Assembly: GCA_013115125.1 (NCBI GenBank)
Contig: JABANN010000358.1
Location: forward strand, 1 to 35,722
Direction: 5' to 3'
Origin: Perkinsus olseni
Taxonomy: Eukaryota
DNA: 35,722 nt
Position numbers and translations under genes: made by a program. The stretch's first letter is position 1; the number at the start of each line of letters is the position of its first letter. Below the pieces are notes generated by a model, which ran no database searches, had not been told where the DNA came from, and worked only from the letters and a program-made list of their open reading frames with translations. Shown here in pieces: positions 32,826 to 35,722 of this stretch.

Positions 32826-35138
32826 GTGGTTCCTAGTCCAATCCGACAACACGCTATTGTTGAGTTTATAGATACGGGGGCAAGCGCGAGCCAATCTGCG
32901 ACGGACAAGCGGTCGGGGGCCACGAAGAGGAGGCGCACGACAGACGAACCTACCCACCGCGACCTGGCAAACGATGAAGAGGCACACCAGCTCGTGCAGG
33001 TAGTGGAATCCTGGTGTGACCAAGCTCGGCGAGCCGTCCAAGAAGATCTCTTCAACGATGAGAACTACAAGGACGGAGGTTTCAGTACGCTACCGGACCA
33101 AGAACTCCCAGCGGGGGTCTCGGAGAAAGCCCTCCAAGTGGGGTCTGAGATTGGCGAGATCATTCTCGAGGAGGCTAGGGGCAAGGGCCTCACGGACGTT
33201 CTCCGTTCCCTGCAGGGCGCCCCTTCGGAAGAGCAAGCGGCGACGCTGAAACGGAAAGCCGACAGCGTCGCTGAGAAGTGCAGGGGCAGAATAGCCCACC
33301 TACTACAAGCGCCCAACTCGCCGCCAAGCAATGGTAACCACATCCACTGTGACATCCTGCAGGCACTGGCTGTAGCTCTCGGGGACCAAGACGTTCAGTT
33401 TGCGAGCCTCTGCAAGGACGGGCTGCCCATTGGTATCACTGAAGAGATCCCTCCTTGCTCGTTATACCCGGCGTACCATCCCAAGCCCCAGCAGGTGTAT
33501 GAGAAACCGGGAGAACACCGGAACTACAAATCCATGAACGACTCCGAGGCCAGGGACTGCGTGGAGAAAACCCTGGAAGAAGAGCAACGGTGCGGCTTCA
33601 TCCGGCGTCTATCAGAAGAAGAGGCCAATGATCCCGGGAGGACCTTCACGCCACGGGCAGCTTTGCCGAAGGGCGAGAAGGCCTCCGATGGGTATAGGAT
33701 TATAGATGATTTTCTCAGATCAAACACGAATCTGGCGGCCGCAGTGCCAAACACTAACACCTTGCCGGGTGTTCGGGACCTAAGAAGGCTGGCCGGCTCC
33801 CTGTTGGATCGTTTCCCGGGCTCGGAGGTGGCCCCCTTCAAGCTAGATCTGAAATCAGCGTACAGGCAGCTAGGCGTGCGGCCGTCCGAACGTAAGCACC
33901 TCTGCTTCATGCATGAGTTCGGGGATGGCACCAAAGCATGGTTCGAGAACCTCTCACTCCCATTCGGACTGAATTCGTCCGGATATTGGTTTGTGAGGTT
34001 TGCCTCTCTGGCACAAAGGTGCATAACAGTTGTGCTAAAAGGGATCATGAAGCACCGGGGCATCCTCCCCGCCATAGGGGGCCTACAATACGTCGATGAC
34101 GGCTTCTGGCTCCTGTTGAAGAGCTTCTACTACGAGGCAGCGACAATAATCATCATGATGTGGCACTTGATCGGGGCCCCGGTAAGCTTCCCCAAAGTAA
34201 GGATGGGGGCGAATACGGTGGACTGCATAGGAGTCACGGTGGAGGTCACAAGTACAGCCAGGATGTCCTTCTCCATAAGAGAGGCGAAAGTCTCGAAGCT
34301 CAGGGCTATGCTGGCAGACCTGCTTAGGTCCGAGAGGGTCTCCCTTCGAGATTTACGCTCCATCACTGGGAAGTTGACACACTACACACAGCTACAGATC
34401 TTCTTGCGGGCCTACACTCAACCCTTTCACGCTCTAGAGGCGGCCATGACCCGGAAAAAGCTTATCGTGGCGAAGTGCCCAAGGAGTAGCGAGATCGGCT
34501 GCATTGCGGGATTCTTCCACCGACTCCTGGGAGAAGCCCGCTCCCTAGTTCCTGTGGGGCCCCTGGGATTCAGGACTTGTACCAGGGCTTCGACCGTCAC
34601 CATCATGGCCGACGCTTCCACCCGCGCCGTTGGGGGGGTCCTTGCCCGGTGCGCGGGCGAACCGTCGGACTACGCGGTGGAGGCAACGCCAAAGCCAGAC
34701 GTGGTCAAGTACTTCCAGTTGGAACTATCAGCATCTACGCTGGGTGAATGGACATGCCTGCTTAAAGATCCGACCATCCCGGAGGAGAGCAGGAACATCA
34801 CAGCTTTCGAGCTCGTGGCTGTTTGTTTGTCCCTGATCACGCTCGAGCGGGAGTTCGGACAGTTGGGATCTTTCAACGTGGTTATCTACACCGACAATGA
34901 GGCCGTACGCCACATCCTTTCCCGTCTCTACTCCAGGACGCCGGCTCTGGCGAAGCTACTGCGGTGCATGGCCGGGGTGCTGGCAAAAATGTCGACCACA
35001 GCTTTCGTGACTCAGAGGATCTCTACGGAGGAGAACACTGCCGCAGACATGCTCTCGCGGGTTCGGACGCCGAAGCTACCGGATACGTGGGAGAAGGTCG
35101 ATGTCAACTTGGCCCTCATAGAAGGGGAGTTGACGTAG
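32826..35138 (+). CDS. pol: Reverse transcriptase / RNase H (pol) of DIRS-order element; true start likely supplied by splicing
   Basis: RT motifs YRIIDD, KLDLKSAYRQL, LPFGLNSS and QYVDDG. RNase H motifs IMADAS, ITAFELVAV, IYTDNEAV and ENTAADMLSR. No frameshifts or internal stops. Confidence 0.95.
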   Translation: MVPSPIRQHAIVEFIDTGASASQSATDKRSGATKRRRTTDEPTHRDLANDEEAHQLVQVVESWCDQARRAVQEDLFNDENYKDGGFSTLPDQELPAGVSEKALQVGSEIGEIILEEARGKGLTDVLRSLQGAPSEEQAATLKRKADSVAEKCRGRIAHLLQAPNSPPSNGNHIHCDILQALAVALGDQDVQFASLCKDGLPIGITEEIPPCSLYPAYHPKPQQVYEKPGEHRNYKSMNDSEARDCVEKTLEEEQRCGFIRRLSEEEANDPGRTFTPRAALPKGEKASDGYRIIDDFLRSNTNLAAAVPNTNTLPGVRDLRRLAGSLLDRFPGSEVAPFKLDLKSAYRQLGVRPSERKHLCFMHEFGDGTKAWFENLSLPFGLNSSGYWFVRFASLAQRCITVVLKGIMKHRGILPAIGGLQYVDDGFWLLLKSFYYEAATIIIMMWHLIGAPVSFPKVRMGANTVDCIGVTVEVTSTARMSFSIREAKVSKLRAMLADLLRSERVSLRDLRSITGKLTHYTQLQIFLRAYTQPFHALEAAMTRKKLIVAKCPRSSEIGCIAGFFHRLLGEARSLVPVGPLGFRTCTRASTVTIMADASTRAVGGVLARCAGEPSDYAVEATPKPDVVKYFQLELSASTLGEWTCLLKDPTIPEESRNITAFELVAVCLSLITLEREFGQLGSFNVVIYTDNEAVRHILSRLYSRTPALAKLLRCMAGVLAKMSTTAFVTQRISTEENTAADMLSRVRTPKLPDTWEKVDVNLALIEGELT

Positions 35139-35347
35139 CTGCACCCGTAGCCGGGGCAGTCAGAGCGGCGCTGTGGCGGGTCTCAAGTGTGACAGAAGCT
35201 CTTCTCCCGTTTCTTGCTGGAGCATGCTGTCGTGTTATCGTAACCAGTTGGGGAGCAGGTCGGATTCACAGACTCGGCCTCACCTCCTCACACTCGGGAG
35301 ACGGGGCGGTGCCTGTAGGTTCCTAGTTATTTCTATCCATCATACAG

Positions 35348-35722
35348 ATGGCCGCACGCCGCCGGAAAGCGAGCATGTTCGTCCGCGAGGCCCAGGCACA
35401 AGGACGAAGCCTCGAGGCGGAGGTAAATGAGTTCGTGGGGAGCGCCCTGGCCAGCTCCACAAGAAAGGGTTACACAGCGGCTGAGAACCTATTCGTCAAG
35501 ATCATCTTCGGAGAAGGGGCCGTCGGCGGCGAGATCTATCCACTGTCCGGGAACCTGCTCCTACTATACATATATGTAATGTCCAAAGTGGGCTACGCGG
35601 CTTCAACGATCCGGACCTACGTGGCGGGCTTGAAAACCCGAAACATCGAGAACGGTCACAGGCTGAGTCGTCTAGCGTGCGAGAGGGCCCGGCGGGCGGT
35701 GAGAGCTGCAGAGAGACACTGC
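35348..35722 (+). CDS. Tyrosine recombinase N-terminal (core-binding) region, 3'-truncated
   Basis: Frame is open from ATG 35348 to the window end: ...SALASSTRKGYTAAENLF...LLLYIYVMSKVGYAASTIRTYVAGLK... This is typical of the YR N-domain of DIRS-order elements, and the ORF follows RNase H. Catalytic RHRY residues lie outside the window. Confidence 0.8.
   Translation, partial: MAARRRKASMFVREAQAQGRSLEAEVNEFVGSALASSTRKGYTAAENLFVKIIFGEGAVGGEIYPLSGNLLLLYIYVMSKVGYAASTIRTYVAGLKTRNIENGHRLSRLACERARRAVRAAERHC

Larger units (their letters stand above)
31543..35722 (+). mobile_element. Tyrosine-recombinase (DIRS-order; Ngaro/PAT-like) retrotransposon, right end truncated by window
   Basis: Ordered gag (CCCH finger), RT-RNase H and YR N-terminus on one strand; no protease or DDE integrase seen. 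Termini cannot be defined here, and the element probably extends left of gag. Confidence 0.9.

Noticed and set aside
33065-34913. Several antisense and alternate-frame ORFs within pol
   Set aside because: Shadow ORFs expected opposite a GC-rich coding sequence; no motifs.
1-35722. CRISPR array, rRNA or prokaryotic operon/defence system (RT next to a recombinase)
   Set aside because: No repeat-spacer array or rRNA seen. The DNA is spliceosomal-intron-rich, and RT+RNase H+YR with gag fits a DIRS-order retrotransposon rather than a retron or DGR.

Overview
Gene-dense, intron-rich eukaryotic DNA with many ~40-75 nt spliceosomal introns and short intergenic gaps. The style most resembles Perkinsus or a related alveolate (inference, not a database result). 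Host genes reconstructed by eye across introns: TMEM222/RTE1-like (847-1949 +), an intronless secreted glycosyltransferase-like protein (2048-3682 +), a METTL21-type methyltransferase (4270-5705 +), MOK/LF4 kinase (from 8526 +), an ankyrin-repeat protein (~11479-13796 +), a coiled-coil hypothetical (17601-20961 -), SFT2 (21593-23707 -) and CCDC13-like (~24027-28355 +). There are also three paralogues of an uncharacterised secreted family (6635-7497 -, 14319-15014 +, 16158-16832 +), a MITE-like element (6054-6439), a degenerate tRNA-Arg(TCG) (28568-28640 -) and a tRNA 3' half inside a 49-nt intron (19476-19507 -). The right end holds an apparently intact tyrosine-recombinase (DIRS-order) retrotransposon: CCCH gag, RT/RNase H, and a YR ORF cut by the window edge. 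Its pol ORF has no usable ATG. A phase-matched GT..AG intron would fuse gag to pol, each ORF is preceded by a splice acceptor, and a divergent antisense ORF lies upstream of gag. Exon structures are manual predictions, and several gene ends are approximate.
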